The notes under the pieces: model-generated
Told to the model about the DNA's origin: nothing
Database searches by the model: none
Seen by the model: only the letters and a program-made list of their open reading frames with translations
Translations under genes and position numbers: made by a program
Assembly (NCBI GenBank): GCA_035499415.1
Contig: DATJYV010000184.1
Coordinates: 1 to 55,216 of the forward strand
Reading direction: 5' to 3'
Source of the DNA: Bacteroidota bacterium
GTDB taxonomy: Bacteria > Bacteroidota > Ignavibacteria > UBA10030
Length of the DNA stretch: 55,216 bases
In this document: in pieces, positions 34,061 through 43,309 of the stretch
How the letters are laid out: each line of letters opens with the position of its first letter
Position numbering within the stretch: the stretch's first letter is position 1

Positions 34061-34805
34061 GCGGTTTCCGCGTCTGCCGTCGACGCTCGAGCGGGAATTG
34101 CTGCTCTGGCTCCTCCCGGAGGATCGACCGGGCTACAGACCGTACCGGGCATTTGTCGAACGATGGAAGATCGCGGGCCGGGGAAGGCGCGGCGAGGGGA
34201 ACTACATCCTCACATCGTCAGGAGCAAACATCGATACGACTTCTCCGCTGCCGCGAGTCCTTGCGCACGGAGTGGTGGAAACGACCGAGGGCGGAATTTC
34301 GGTAACCCTTCGCGAGCTTCTCGATGACCAGCTGGAATTTGAGCTCACCGGACTTGAACGCGTCCGGGACCTTCGAAACGAGATACGCCGTTGGTCATTT
34401 TCTTCCTGGCTTCCGAAGATGCCATGTCCCGTTTGCGGAAGCCCGGTCCGTACGGTGGAAATGCAAACAGAGCAGGATGCTCCGGCCGTTCTCGCCATCT
34501 GCTCAAACGACCGTCGGATCTGGGTGCACGATTCCTTGTCGCAGGTCAATCATCTCATCCCCATCACCAATTTCTACAACGAGCTCATGATTACGCTGCG
34601 AATCCGTGACGCGAATGTGGCGCTGAATCCGGCCCGTTTGTTTTCGGACCTGCCGGGCTTTTCGGATGCGGACCTGAGCCGCGCGTTTGCGAAATATAAC
34701 GCCGCCTGGACCAGGATCGGTTCGCGCATCATCGTCGAGGAGCCGCAGAAAAAGTCGTTCATGAAGAGAATTCTTTCCCTTGTGTCCGGTGAAAAAAATG
34801 TCTGA
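34047..34805 (+). CDS. Hypothetical protein (252 aa) embedded between kdsC and kdsD
   Basis: The ATG overlaps the kdsC 3' end by 14 nt, and the stop overlaps the kdsD start by 8 nt. Coding-like composition. The only motif I see is a single CPVCGSP. Confidence 0.55.
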   Translation: MENDERFPRLPSTLERELLLWLLPEDRPGYRPYRAFVERWKIAGRGRRGEGNYILTSSGANIDTTSPLPRVLAHGVVETTEGGISVTLRELLDDQLEFELTGLERVRDLRNEIRRWSFSSWLPKMPCPVCGSPVRTVEMQTEQDAPAVLAICSNDRRIWVHDSLSQVNHLIPITNFYNELMITLRIRDANVALNPARLFSDLPGFSDADLSRAFAKYNAAWTRIGSRIIVEEPQKKSFMKRILSLVSGEKNV

Positions 34806-35784
34806 CCCAACCATTCAGGACGGGAGGCGCGTCATCCGGATCGAGGCCGAGGCGATTGCGGCCCTCGAGTCGCGCATCGATGAGAAATTTGCCGAGGCGG
34901 TAAATATTCTCTATCACGCAAAAGGCAGGGTGGTGATCACGGGCATGGGGAAGTCCGGAATCATCGCCCGAAAAATCGTCGCGACGCTCAACTCCACGGG
35001 AACGCCTTCTGTCTTTCTGCATCCCTCCGACGCCATTCACGGAGACGTGGGGATGGTCGGGAAGGATGACGTCATCGTGAGCATTTCCAAAAGCGGCGAT
35101 ACGGAGGAGATTCTGCAGTTGATGCCCCTGTTCCGGCGGCTCGGCCTGAAATTGATAACCCTCGTGGGCAATGTCCATTCGGAACTTGCGAAGCAGTCCG
35201 ACATCGTCCTCGACATCGGCGTGAAGGAGGAGGCCTGTCCGCACGACCTGGTCCCGACCTCCTCGACGACGGCGACGCTCGCGCTCGGAGATGCGCTCGC
35301 AATCGCGCTCCTCCGGCGGCGGAACTTTACCAGGGAGGATTTCGCGAAGTTCCATCCGGGGGGAAACCTGGGAAAACAACTGCATCTCCAGGTCGAAGCG
35401 ATCATGGCATCCGGAGCCGCGATTCCGAAAGTCCGGAAAAATGTCCCGCTATCGGAAGCGATCATGGAGATGACCACAAAACGGCTCGGGGCGACCTGCG
35501 TGGTCGACGGCGACGAGAAGCTCTCCGGGATCATCACCGACGGCGACCTCCGACGGCTCCTCCAGCGCACGACGGACATTTCCAAACTGACTGCGGCGGA
35601 CGCAATGACAAAGAATCCAAAGACGATCCGCATGGATCTCCTGGCCGTCGTCGCCCTGGAAGAGATGGAGGCGTTCAAGATTACGCAGCTCGTCGTGGTC
35701 GACGCCAACGACCGCCCTGTCGGCGTGGTCCATCTCCATGATTTGGTGAAAGCCGGCCTGGGAGGCGAGGATTCTGAAGGATGA
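34798..35784 (+). CDS. kdsD: Arabinose-5-phosphate isomerase (SIS plus tandem CBS)
   Basis: Trimmed to ATG 34798. GRVVITGMGKSGIIARKIVATLNSTGTPS is the SIS domain. Two CBS repeats lie at the C-terminus. Confidence 0.9.
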   Translation: MSDPTIQDGRRVIRIEAEAIAALESRIDEKFAEAVNILYHAKGRVVITGMGKSGIIARKIVATLNSTGTPSVFLHPSDAIHGDVGMVGKDDVIVSISKSGDTEEILQLMPLFRRLGLKLITLVGNVHSELAKQSDIVLDIGVKEEACPHDLVPTSSTTATLALGDALAIALLRRRNFTREDFAKFHPGGNLGKQLHLQVEAIMASGAAIPKVRKNVPLSEAIMEMTTKRLGATCVVDGDEKLSGIITDGDLRRLLQRTTDISKLTAADAMTKNPKTIRMDLLAVVALEEMEAFKITQLVVVDANDRPVGVVHLHDLVKAGLGGEDSEG

Positions 35785-36320
35785 GGAGGCCGGGAGTCTG
35801 GATGTGTGCCGCTTCCGTCCTCATAGTCTTCGGAGGATGTGAAGAGAAGATCAAACCCTCGGTCCTTCCCACCGTCGACAGCCGCACACTACCCCAGCAG
35901 GAAAGCTGGAACAGCAGGATCGTGCTGTCCGATTCGGGCCGCACGCGCGCGATCATCGATGCGGGGTACATCCGGGTCTACGAATCGAGCAAACAGACGC
36001 AGATGAGCCAGGGCGTCGTCGTGCATTTCTTCGACCGCGCGGGCGCCCAGACATCCGTCCTGACGAGCGACGAAGGGACGATCGATGAGGGGACGAACGA
36101 CCTCGCTGCCTACAACCACGTCGTCGTGGTTTCCGAAAACAAGAGGCGCCTCACGACAGAAAAATTGTACTGGGACAACGCGAAACAACTCATCCACACG
36201 CCGGAATTCGTACGAATTGTTTCTCCCAATGAGACGGTCCAGGGACATGGTTTGGAATCGGACCAGAGTCTTCACAATTACCGGATATTCCGGGCGACGG
36301 GCGAGTCGAAGGAAGAATGA
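35781..36320 (+). CDS. lptC: LPS export system protein LptC
   Basis: ATGA overlap with kdsD. N-terminal anchor, beta-jellyroll-like pattern (TEKLYWDNAKQLIHTPEFVRIVSPNETVQGHGLESD) and canonical operon position. Confidence 0.7.
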   Translation: MRRPGVWMCAASVLIVFGGCEEKIKPSVLPTVDSRTLPQQESWNSRIVLSDSGRTRAIIDAGYIRVYESSKQTQMSQGVVVHFFDRAGAQTSVLTSDEGTIDEGTNDLAAYNHVVVVSENKRRLTTEKLYWDNAKQLIHTPEFVRIVSPNETVQGHGLESDQSLHNYRIFRATGESKEE

Positions 36321-37618
36321 ATTGGACTCGGAAGGCGGCGATGGGAGGCACCCTGTTGGTCGCGACGACCTTCGGCCTCACAGATGCAACCGCGCAGGAA
36401 GGGAGCAAAGTGATTGAATTGCGTTCGGCCCGCGAACTCAAAGGACGCGTCGTCGCGGGGGAAGAAGTACGCGAACTCATCGGGAACGTTCATTTCGTCC
36501 AGCAACAGGAATCCGGCGGCCTCGTCTACGTCTGGTGCGACCGTGCTCTGCGTTATATGAGCCAGAACAAGATGGAACTCTTCGGCCATGTCCGGGTTGT
36601 TCGGGACAGCGTGACGGTGACATCGGACGAAGGGGTATACTATGCCGACGCGCGGAGAGTCGAAGTCCACACCGGCGTGCGCCTGGAACGCGGCGGCTCG
36701 GTACTGACGGCGCGGAACGGCATAGAATTTGTCGACGAAAAGCGTTTCTTTTTTTCGGTCAACGTGCGGCTCGTCGACTCTGCTTCCACGGTGACGAGCG
36801 ACACGATGACGTATCTGGAGAACGAAGCCGAATCGATCGCCGTGGGGAATGTCGTGGCGGTCAATACGGCGAATGCGACGACGGTATTCGGCGATTCGCT
36901 CACGCATTATGACCGCCTCAAATTCACCGTCGTCCTGAAAAAACCACGGTTGATGGATATCGACACGACTTCGGATGGCGGGGTCGACACGATGGTGGTG
37001 GTGAGCAGACGGATGGAAATGTTTCAGGATACTTCGCAGACGTTCGTTGCCATCGACAGCGTTTTGATGGCGAGGGGAGATCTCTCCGCCCGGTGCGGCC
37101 GGGCGACGTATCTCCGTCGTGACGGAGTCATCGTCCTCCAGTACCTCCCCGTGGTTTGGCACGCCGAGAATCAGATTTCCGGAGACTCCATTGCGATCCA
37201 TCTGAGCGACAGGCGGCTCCGCGACGTTTACGTGCGGGGGAGGGCGATGGCGATCTCGCGGGCCGATTCGGTGCTCAAAAATCGTTTTGACCAGCTGACG
37301 GGGCGCGAGCTCACGATGTACTTCGCCTTCGGGAAAATCGACCACATCGATGTGGAGCGGAACGCCACAAGCCTGTACTACCTGTTTGATAACATAACCC
37401 CCAACGGCGCGAATAAGTCGAGCGGCGACCGGATCGCAATCGAGTTCTTGCTGGGCAAGATCGACCGCATCAAAGTTGTCGGCGGAGTGCAGGGGCAGTA
37501 TTTTCCCGAGAACATGCTGGCGAAGCGGGAGCCGGATTACAATTTGGACGGCTTTCGCTGGTATGCCACGCGCCCCGTGCGCGACGGCTCGAGAATCGTC
37601 ACGGTTGAGCATGACTAA
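36317..37618 (+). CDS. lptA: LptA/OstA-family periplasmic protein, enlarged (multiple OstA-like repeats)
   Basis: ATGA overlap with lptC. Signal peptide (...TDATAQEG). Repeated '...V.GNV.....T...D...Y......' beta-jellyroll segments. 433 aa. Confidence 0.65.
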   Translation: MNWTRKAAMGGTLLVATTFGLTDATAQEGSKVIELRSARELKGRVVAGEEVRELIGNVHFVQQQESGGLVYVWCDRALRYMSQNKMELFGHVRVVRDSVTVTSDEGVYYADARRVEVHTGVRLERGGSVLTARNGIEFVDEKRFFFSVNVRLVDSASTVTSDTMTYLENEAESIAVGNVVAVNTANATTVFGDSLTHYDRLKFTVVLKKPRLMDIDTTSDGGVDTMVVVSRRMEMFQDTSQTFVAIDSVLMARGDLSARCGRATYLRRDGVIVLQYLPVVWHAENQISGDSIAIHLSDRRLRDVYVRGRAMAISRADSVLKNRFDQLTGRELTMYFAFGKIDHIDVERNATSLYYLFDNITPNGANKSSGDRIAIEFLLGKIDRIKVVGGVQGQYFPENMLAKREPDYNLDGFRWYATRPVRDGSRIVTVEHD

Positions 37619-38468
37619 ACGGTCGAACACGGCAATTCCCTTCCGGAAACCCAGAGGGGGAAGGAAGCGATCGGGGGAGCGCCGGTCTGTCACAAGAATC
37701 GCAAGGGTGCAGGAGGGGACGTCCGGCGCGACAGTGAATATCCTGAGGTCCGAGGCGCTCGTCAAGCGATATAAGAAGAGGACAGTGGTAAACGACGTGA
37801 GCATTGAGGTGAAACAAGGAGAGATCGTCGGGCTGCTGGGGCCGAACGGTGCCGGTAAGACCACGACGTTCTATATGATCGTGGGCATGGTTCGGCCGAA
37901 CGGAGGGAGGGTGTTTCTCGACGGAGCGGAAATCACGACGCGCCCGATGTACCAGCGGGCACGACTCGGCATAGGATACCTTCCGCAGGAAGCGTCGGTG
38001 TTCCGGCGGTTGTCGGTTCGCGAGAATCTGCTCGCAGTCCTCCAGATGACGAATCTCAGCACGGAAGCTCAAACGGCAAAATGCGACCGGCTTCTGGAGG
38101 ACTTTGGTCTCACGCATATCGCCGCCAGCAAGGGATATGTGCTCTCCGGCGGCGAGCGGAGACGGACAGAGATCGCGCGCGCGCTCGCGCTCGACCCCAA
38201 GTTCATGCTGCTGGACGAACCGTTCGCCGGCATCGACCCCATCGCGGTCGAAGAGATCATGAAGATCGTCCGGCGCCTCCGGGAGAGGAACATCGGCGTT
38301 CTCGTCACGGACCATAATGTTCACGAGACGCTCTCGATCACCGACCGGTCCTATCTCCTGTTCGAAGGGAGAATTCTGAAGCAGGGGACGGCGGCATTCC
38401 TCGCGAATGACCGCGAAGCAAGAAAGTTATACCTCGGCGAAAAATTCAAATTGGACAGGTACGACTGA
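37611..38468 (+). CDS. lptB: LPS export ABC transporter ATPase LptB
   Basis: GLLGPNGAGKTTTF (Walker A), LSGGERRRTEIARAL (signature) and MLLDEPFAGIDP (Walker B). ATG 37611 overlaps the lptA stop and adds a basic 41-aa extension. GTG 37734 (VNILRSEALVKRY) is the alternative canonical-length start. Confidence 0.9.
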   Translation: MTKRSNTAIPFRKPRGGRKRSGERRSVTRIARVQEGTSGATVNILRSEALVKRYKKRTVVNDVSIEVKQGEIVGLLGPNGAGKTTTFYMIVGMVRPNGGRVFLDGAEITTRPMYQRARLGIGYLPQEASVFRRLSVRENLLAVLQMTNLSTEAQTAKCDRLLEDFGLTHIAASKGYVLSGGERRRTEIARALALDPKFMLLDEPFAGIDPIAVEEIMKIVRRLRERNIGVLVTDHNVHETLSITDRSYLLFEGRILKQGTAAFLANDREARKLYLGEKFKLDRYD

Positions 38469-38494
38469 CAAACCGTCACGAATCCTCGTATATT
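38465..38494 (+). promoter_or_regulatory. Promoter candidate for the DAHP synthase gene
   Basis: CTGACA-N18-TATATT. The -35 element overlaps the lptB stop codon. Confidence 0.3.
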
Positions 38495-38518
38495 CCTGAT
38501 TAACAGAAGAGCAAACGT

Positions 38519-39535
38519 ATGGTTGTCGTAACGGAAACCGGCGCAACAGAAAAGCAGATCGAAGAGATCATTCGCGTCCTGCACGAGCACGGGTTTGACA
38601 TTCACCGATCCACCGGGGTCGAGCATACGGTGATCGGCGCAATCGGCGTCCAGCCCGATTTCGACCACCGGCAGATCGAGGTACTGCCCGGCGTTGCCGA
38701 AGTTCTCCGCATCACGGAGCCGTACAAGCTTGCCAGCAGGACTTTCAAGCGCGAAGGCTCGGTAATTGACGTGGGCGGAGTCCGCGTCGGCGGCGACGAC
38801 GTTGTGGTGATGGCGGGACCTTGCTCGGTCGAGAACGAGAAGCAGATTTTCACCGTCGCCGAGCGCGTTTCGGAATCGGGAGCGAAGATCCTGCGCGGCG
38901 GAGCATTCAAGCCGCGAACCTCTCCCTATTCGTTCCAGGGGCTGGGCGAAGAAGGCCTGAAAATGCTTCGCGCGGCAGCGGACGCTTACAAAATGAAAGT
39001 CATCACCGAAGTGATGGATAAGAGCCAGATCAAACTTGTCGAGCGGTATGCCGACATTCTCCAGGTCGGCGCCAGGAACATGCAGAATTTTGTTTTCCTC
39101 AAGGAATTGGGGAATACCAGAAGCCCCGTCCTCCTCAAACGCGGACTGTCCGCGACCATCGAAGAATGGCTCATGTCGGCCGAGTATATCCTGTCGGGCG
39201 GCAACCACAACGTCATCCTCTGCGAACGGGGTATCCGGACGTTTGAAACGGCGACCCGCAACACGATGGACATCGGCGCCATTCCCGTCATCAAAAAGAA
39301 AAGCCATCTGCCGATCATTGCCGACCCCTCTCATGCGATTGGAATTCGCGACAAGGTGATTCCAATGGCCCGTGCCGCGGTCGCGGCCGGAGCGGATGGG
39401 ATCATCGTGGAAGTCCATAACGACCCCGACCATGCAAAGTCGGACGGCGCACAGTCACTGTATCCAGACCAGTTTTCACAACTCATGCAGGAAGTGCGCA
39501 TCATCGCCAATGCCATCGGACGTCGAATCCTCTGA
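38519..39535 (+). CDS. aroF: 3-deoxy-7-phosphoheptulonate (DAHP) synthase, type I-beta with an N-terminal ferredoxin-like regulatory domain
   Basis: 338 aa. The N-terminal approx. 65 aa form a beta-alpha-beta domain, followed by [24 protein letters not shown] and DPSH. Confidence 0.9.
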   Translation: MVVVTETGATEKQIEEIIRVLHEHGFDIHRSTGVEHTVIGAIGVQPDFDHRQIEVLPGVAEVLRITEPYKLASRTFKREGSVIDVGGVRVGGDDVVVMAGPCSVENEKQIFTVAERVSESGAKILRGGAFKPRTSPYSFQGLGEEGLKMLRAAADAYKMKVITEVMDKSQIKLVERYADILQVGARNMQNFVFLKELGNTRSPVLLKRGLSATIEEWLMSAEYILSGGNHNVILCERGIRTFETATRNTMDIGAIPVIKKKSHLPIIADPSHAIGIRDKVIPMARAAVAAGADGIIVEVHNDPDHAKSDGAQSLYPDQFSQLMQEVRIIANAIGRRIL

Positions 39536-39566
39536 GCGTACTTCCTTCCGAATCCGCGTCGCGTAG

Positions 39567-40685
39567 ATGAAGAACCATACGGCGGGTTTCCACCCGTTCC
39601 GCACCGTTGCCGTCATCGGGGTCGGTCTCATCGGGGGATCGCTCGCACTTGCCATCAAGCACAAATTTCCCCGCACGGTCGTCATCGGCTTTGATTCGTC
39701 GCCCGTCCTTCGCCGCGCGCTCCGCCTCCGCGCGATCGACCGCGGCGCACGGTCGCTCCAGGAAGCAGTCCGGCCGGCGGACCTGACCATCCTCGCAACG
39801 CCTGTGTCCGGCGTTCTTTCGTTGCTGGGCCGGGTCGCCAGGCTGAAAAAACCCGGCGGCCAGGTGACCGATGTCGGAAGCGTCAAACGGGCGATCATGG
39901 CACGGGCGGAAAAGTATTTTCCGGACGGGTCATTTATCGGCGGCCACCCGATGGCCGGTGTCGAGCAGGCGGGGATCGACGCAGCATCTCCGCACCTGTT
40001 TGAAAGCGCGTTGTACGTATTGACCCCCTCGTCCGCGACACCCCGCGCCGCTGTCCGCCGGCTGGGCAGTTTCCTCGCCGGGCTCGGTGCGCGGGTCGTC
40101 ATCCTCGATGCCGGGACGCACGACCGCGTCGCCTCCGCCGTCAGTCACCTCCCCCAGCTTGCCGCTGTTGCCCTTGTGCAGGTGGCCGGAAACCTTCACC
40201 CCGAATCTCGTCGCCATCTCCAGCTTGCGGCGGGAGGTTTCCGTGACCTCACCCGGATCGCTTCAAGCAAGTTTGAGATGTGGGAAGATATTTTTTCGTT
40301 CAACGCCGAGGAGATCACAAAAACTCTCGACCTCTATCTGGGCGAATTGCATCGATACCGATCGGAGCTTGGCCGCAACAGTCGGCGATTGCGGAAGGCA
40401 TTTCGGGGGGCGGGGAGGATCAGGGCCGGAATCCCGAAAAATATGAAGGGATTCCTCCATCCGTTGAGCGAGGTCTACGTGTTCGTGCGGGACAAACCGG
40501 GGATGCTTGCGCGTCTCACGGGCGTGCTGGGAAAGAGCAAGGTGAACATCAGGGATCTGGAACTGGTGAAGGTGCGTGAAGGCGAGGGGGGAACTTTTCG
40601 AATTTCTTTCGATTCGAAGGAAGTATCCAGCCGGGCGGCACGAATCTTACGTCAGCGGGGATTCGACGTGACTCTCCGGGCGTGA
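39567..40685 (+). CDS. tyrA: Prephenate/arogenate dehydrogenase with a C-terminal ACT domain
   Basis: VAVIGVGLIGGSLA is the Rossmann motif. GGHPMAG is present. The C-terminal VYVFVRDKPGMLARLTGVLGKSKVNI is the ACT domain. Confidence 0.88.
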   Translation: MKNHTAGFHPFRTVAVIGVGLIGGSLALAIKHKFPRTVVIGFDSSPVLRRALRLRAIDRGARSLQEAVRPADLTILATPVSGVLSLLGRVARLKKPGGQVTDVGSVKRAIMARAEKYFPDGSFIGGHPMAGVEQAGIDAASPHLFESALYVLTPSSATPRAAVRRLGSFLAGLGARVVILDAGTHDRVASAVSHLPQLAAVALVQVAGNLHPESRRHLQLAAGGFRDLTRIASSKFEMWEDIFSFNAEEITKTLDLYLGELHRYRSELGRNSRRLRKAFRGAGRIRAGIPKNMKGFLHPLSEVYVFVRDKPGMLARLTGVLGKSKVNIRDLELVKVREGEGGTFRISFDSKEVSSRAARILRQRGFDVTLRA

Positions 40686-40690
40686 GGTGC

Positions 40691-41008
40691 TCACTTCTCC
40701 GGCTTCGGTGCAGATGAGTCGGAGGCCGGCTTGGTGTCGGATGTCGCTTCCGATTTTTTCTCCGGCGTCTTCTCGGATTTCTTTTCCGGCTTTTTTTTCT
40801 CTTGTGCCGCGGATTCCCGCCCCGATTTTTTGTAGTCGGTCAGATAGAATCCGCTTCCCTTGAAGATCGTCCCGGCTCCGGCTGCCATCAATCGCTTGAG
40901 TGCGGGCTTCCCGCAGTTCGGGCAAACGGTCAGGGGTTTGGCGGTAATGGACTCAAGTTCTTCGAACGTGTGGCCGCATTCCTTGCAGACGTATTCGTAG
41001 GTCGGCAT
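40691..41008 (-). CDS. FmdB-family zinc-ribbon protein with a Lys/Glu/Pro-rich tail
   Basis: MPTYEYVCKECGHTFE...CPNCG (CxxC-x-CxxC), then a low-complexity KKKPEKKSEKTPEKKSE tail. Confidence 0.75.
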   Translation of the reverse strand: MPTYEYVCKECGHTFEELESITAKPLTVCPNCGKPALKRLMAAGAGTIFKGSGFYLTDYKKSGRESAAQEKKKPEKKSEKTPEKKSEATSDTKPASDSSAPKPEK

Positions 41009-41034
41009 CCCATCCTCTCAATCACAACCCCGCG

Positions 41035-42243
41035 TTATTGCGCTCCCCGCAGTTCGGCAAACGCTTTCTGAAGTCGCTCCGCGGCCTTTTCCAGGTCCTG
41101 CATGGAGCATGCGTACGAAATTCTCACCCAGTCTTTTGCCCCGAATCCCCCTCCGGGGACAAGCGCAACACGCCACGAATTCAGCAGGTACTCCGAGAGC
41201 GCATCCGTCGTATCGATGGTTCCCTGCGCCTTTTTCCCGCCCAGGATCGGCTTGACCCGCGCGAAAATATAGAACGCACCGTGCGGCTTGATGTACTCGA
41301 CGTTCATCTGGTCGAAGGCCCCGCAGAGGAACTTTCTTCGCCGCGCGAACTCCTCCACCATCGTGTGAACCTCGCCGTCCAGGCCGCTCGTGAGCGCCGC
41401 GAGCGCCGCGCGCTGCGATATGGAGGATGCGTTCGATGTGATCTGTCCCTGGACTTTTTCGGCCGCCGACGCGACATCCCGATTCGCCCCCAGAAAACCG
41501 ATCCTCCATCCCGTCATCGAAAACGCTTTCGAGACGCCGTTGACGGTGACGACGAGGTCGCGGACCGAAGGCAGCGAGCCCATGCTGAAATGGCTCATCC
41601 CGTCGTAGATGATTTTCTCATAGATCTCGTCGGATATGACATAGAGACCGGCTTGGGCGATGACGCGGGCGAGCCCCTCGATCTCTTCGCGCGTGTAGAC
41701 AACACCGGTCGGATTGCTCGGCGAACAGAAAATGAACAGCTTGGATTTTCTGGTAACCGCCTTCCGGAGTTGCGCCGGTGAAATCTTGAACTGGTCGGAA
41801 GCGCGGGTCCGAACGATCACCGGTGTGGCTCCCACGAGCTTGACCATCTCCGGATAACTTACCCAGTACGGGGAAGGAATGATGACTTCGTCTCCCGGGT
41901 TGCAGATTGCCTGCAGGGCGTTGTAGAGAGCATGCTTGGCTCCCGAGGAGACCAGGATCTGCGATGGATCGAAGTCGAGGTTGTTGTCGCGCCGGAATTT
42001 TTCGGCGATCGCCCGAAGAAGCTCCGGAATGCCCTGGTTCGCGGTGTACTTGGTGAAATTCTCCTTGATCGCCCGGATCCCGGCTTCCTTGACGGCCGCC
42101 GGAGTCGGAAAGTCGGGCTCACCCGCGGTGAGACTGACAACGTCGATCCCTTCCGCCCGCATTTTCTTCGCACGTGCGAAGAGAAGAAGCGTTTGTGAAC
42201 GTTCGACGCCGGAAACTTTTTTGGAGAGAGGACGCATTCTCAC
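41035..42243 (-). CDS. aspC: Class I PLP-dependent aminotransferase (aspartate/prephenate aminotransferase type)
   Basis: 402 aa. PSPYWVSYPEM, SKAFSMTGWRIG (PLP lysine). Confidence 0.88.
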   Translation of the reverse strand: MRMRPLSKKVSGVERSQTLLLFARAKKMRAEGIDVVSLTAGEPDFPTPAAVKEAGIRAIKENFTKYTANQGIPELLRAIAEKFRRDNNLDFDPSQILVSSGAKHALYNALQAICNPGDEVIIPSPYWVSYPEMVKLVGATPVIVRTRASDQFKISPAQLRKAVTRKSKLFIFCSPSNPTGVVYTREEIEGLARVIAQAGLYVISDEIYEKIIYDGMSHFSMGSLPSVRDLVVTVNGVSKAFSMTGWRIGFLGANRDVASAAEKVQGQITSNASSISQRAALAALTSGLDGEVHTMVEEFARRRKFLCGAFDQMNVEYIKPHGAFYIFARVKPILGGKKAQGTIDTTDALSEYLLNSWRVALVPGGGFGAKDWVRISYACSMQDLEKAAERLQKAFAELRGAQ

Positions 42244-42258
42244 GAGAGGACGTTTCTC

Positions 42259-42735
42259 CTATTTCATCTTGTTCATGAGGGCCTGTCGTACACCGGGCGG
42301 AACGAAGTCCGAGATGTCGCCGTGAAGGCGCGCAATCTCACGCACGATCGTGGAGTTGAGATACGTGTACTTTTCGTTCGGCATCAGAAATACGGTTTCG
42401 ACCTGGTCGTTCAGTTTTCTGTTCATGAGCGCCATTTGGAATTCAAATTCGTAGTCGGAGATCGCACGGATACCCCGCACCACGGCTGTCGCCTGTTTGG
42501 TCCGGGCATACTCGACGAGGAGTCCGTCGAACGAATCGACCTCGACCTGCGGGTAGCCGGCAGTTGCTTTTCTGATCAGCTCCAGGCGTTCGCGGACGTC
42601 GAACACGGGATGCTTCGACGAATTTTTCGCGATCGTGATGATGACCTTGTCGAAGAGCTTGAGAGCCCGTTCAAGAATGTCAAGATGCCCGTTCGTGATG
42701 GGGTCGAACGATCCCGGATAGATGGCGGTTTTCAT
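42259..42735 (-). CDS. coaD: Phosphopantetheine adenylyltransferase
   Basis: AIYPGSFDPITNGHLDI, ISDYEFEFQMA. Confidence 0.95.
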   Translation of the reverse strand: MKTAIYPGSFDPITNGHLDILERALKLFDKVIITIAKNSSKHPVFDVRERLELIRKATAGYPQVEVDSFDGLLVEYARTKQATAVVRGIRAISDYEFEFQMALMNRKLNDQVETVFLMPNEKYTYLNSTIVREIARLHGDISDFVPPGVRQALMNKMK

Positions 42736-43309
42736 TCGCGGAGTCTCCCTTGCGGTCGTCAGATTTCAAAGTCCTCAGGATCAATGCAGTGGTTTGGCCG
42801 AACTTTTTCTGTGTCACCTCGTACAGTCCCTCCGGAAAAGTGACGTCGGAGTTCCTTCCGTGTTCCATGACAACGTATGTCCCGGGACGGGTGCATGGGG
42901 ACGAGTGGATCGCCGACGGAATCGTTCCGATCGTCGGAAGAGCGAAGGGAGGGTCGGCAAAGATGAGGTCGTACGCCGCGACCGTGTTCCGGAGGAACCA
43001 GAACACATCCGCCGGATGAATGCGGCATGCATTCCTGCAACCGAGAGCGTCGATGTTTTTTTCGAGTACGCCGATCGAGTCGCGCGAGGTATCGACGAAC
43101 GTCGCGCGTGCCGCTCCGCGGCTCAGCGCCTCGAAGCCGAGACTTCCCGTGCCGGCAAATAAGTCGAGCACTTCGATGCCGCTGAAGTCCAGCCGGTTTG
43201 CAAGAACGTCAAAAATGGCCTGCTTGGCGCGGTCGGTCGTAGGCCGGATGGAATATCCCTTCCCCGCCCTGATCGTGCGCCCGCGGAATGTGCCGGCAAT
43301 GATCCTCAT
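42680..43309 (-). CDS. rsmD: 16S rRNA (guanine966-N2)-methyltransferase
   Basis: MRIIAGTFRGRTIRAGKGYSIRPTTDRAKQAIFDVL, DLFAGTGSLGFEALSRGA, FADPPF. Its 3' end overlaps the coaD start by 56 nt. Confidence 0.88.
   Translation of the reverse strand: MRIIAGTFRGRTIRAGKGYSIRPTTDRAKQAIFDVLANRLDFSGIEVLDLFAGTGSLGFEALSRGAARATFVDTSRDSIGVLEKNIDALGCRNACRIHPADVFWFLRNTVAAYDLIFADPPFALPTIGTIPSAIHSSPCTRPGTYVVMEHGRNSDVTFPEGLYEVTQKKFGQTTALILRTLKSDDRKGDSANENRHLSGIVRPHHERAS

Noticed and set aside
36278-37864. 528-aa minus-strand ORF opposite lptA/lptB. The same applies to 38351..39433(-), 3145..4137(+), 9361..10329(-), 14130..15143(-), 24334..25278(-), 26919..27959(-), 41038..41781(+), 43309..44106(+), 46380..47369(+), 48304..48918(-) and 49040..49801(-).
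   Set aside because: All lie antisense to genes with clear homology-type motifs. Long stop-free antisense frames are expected at this GC content.
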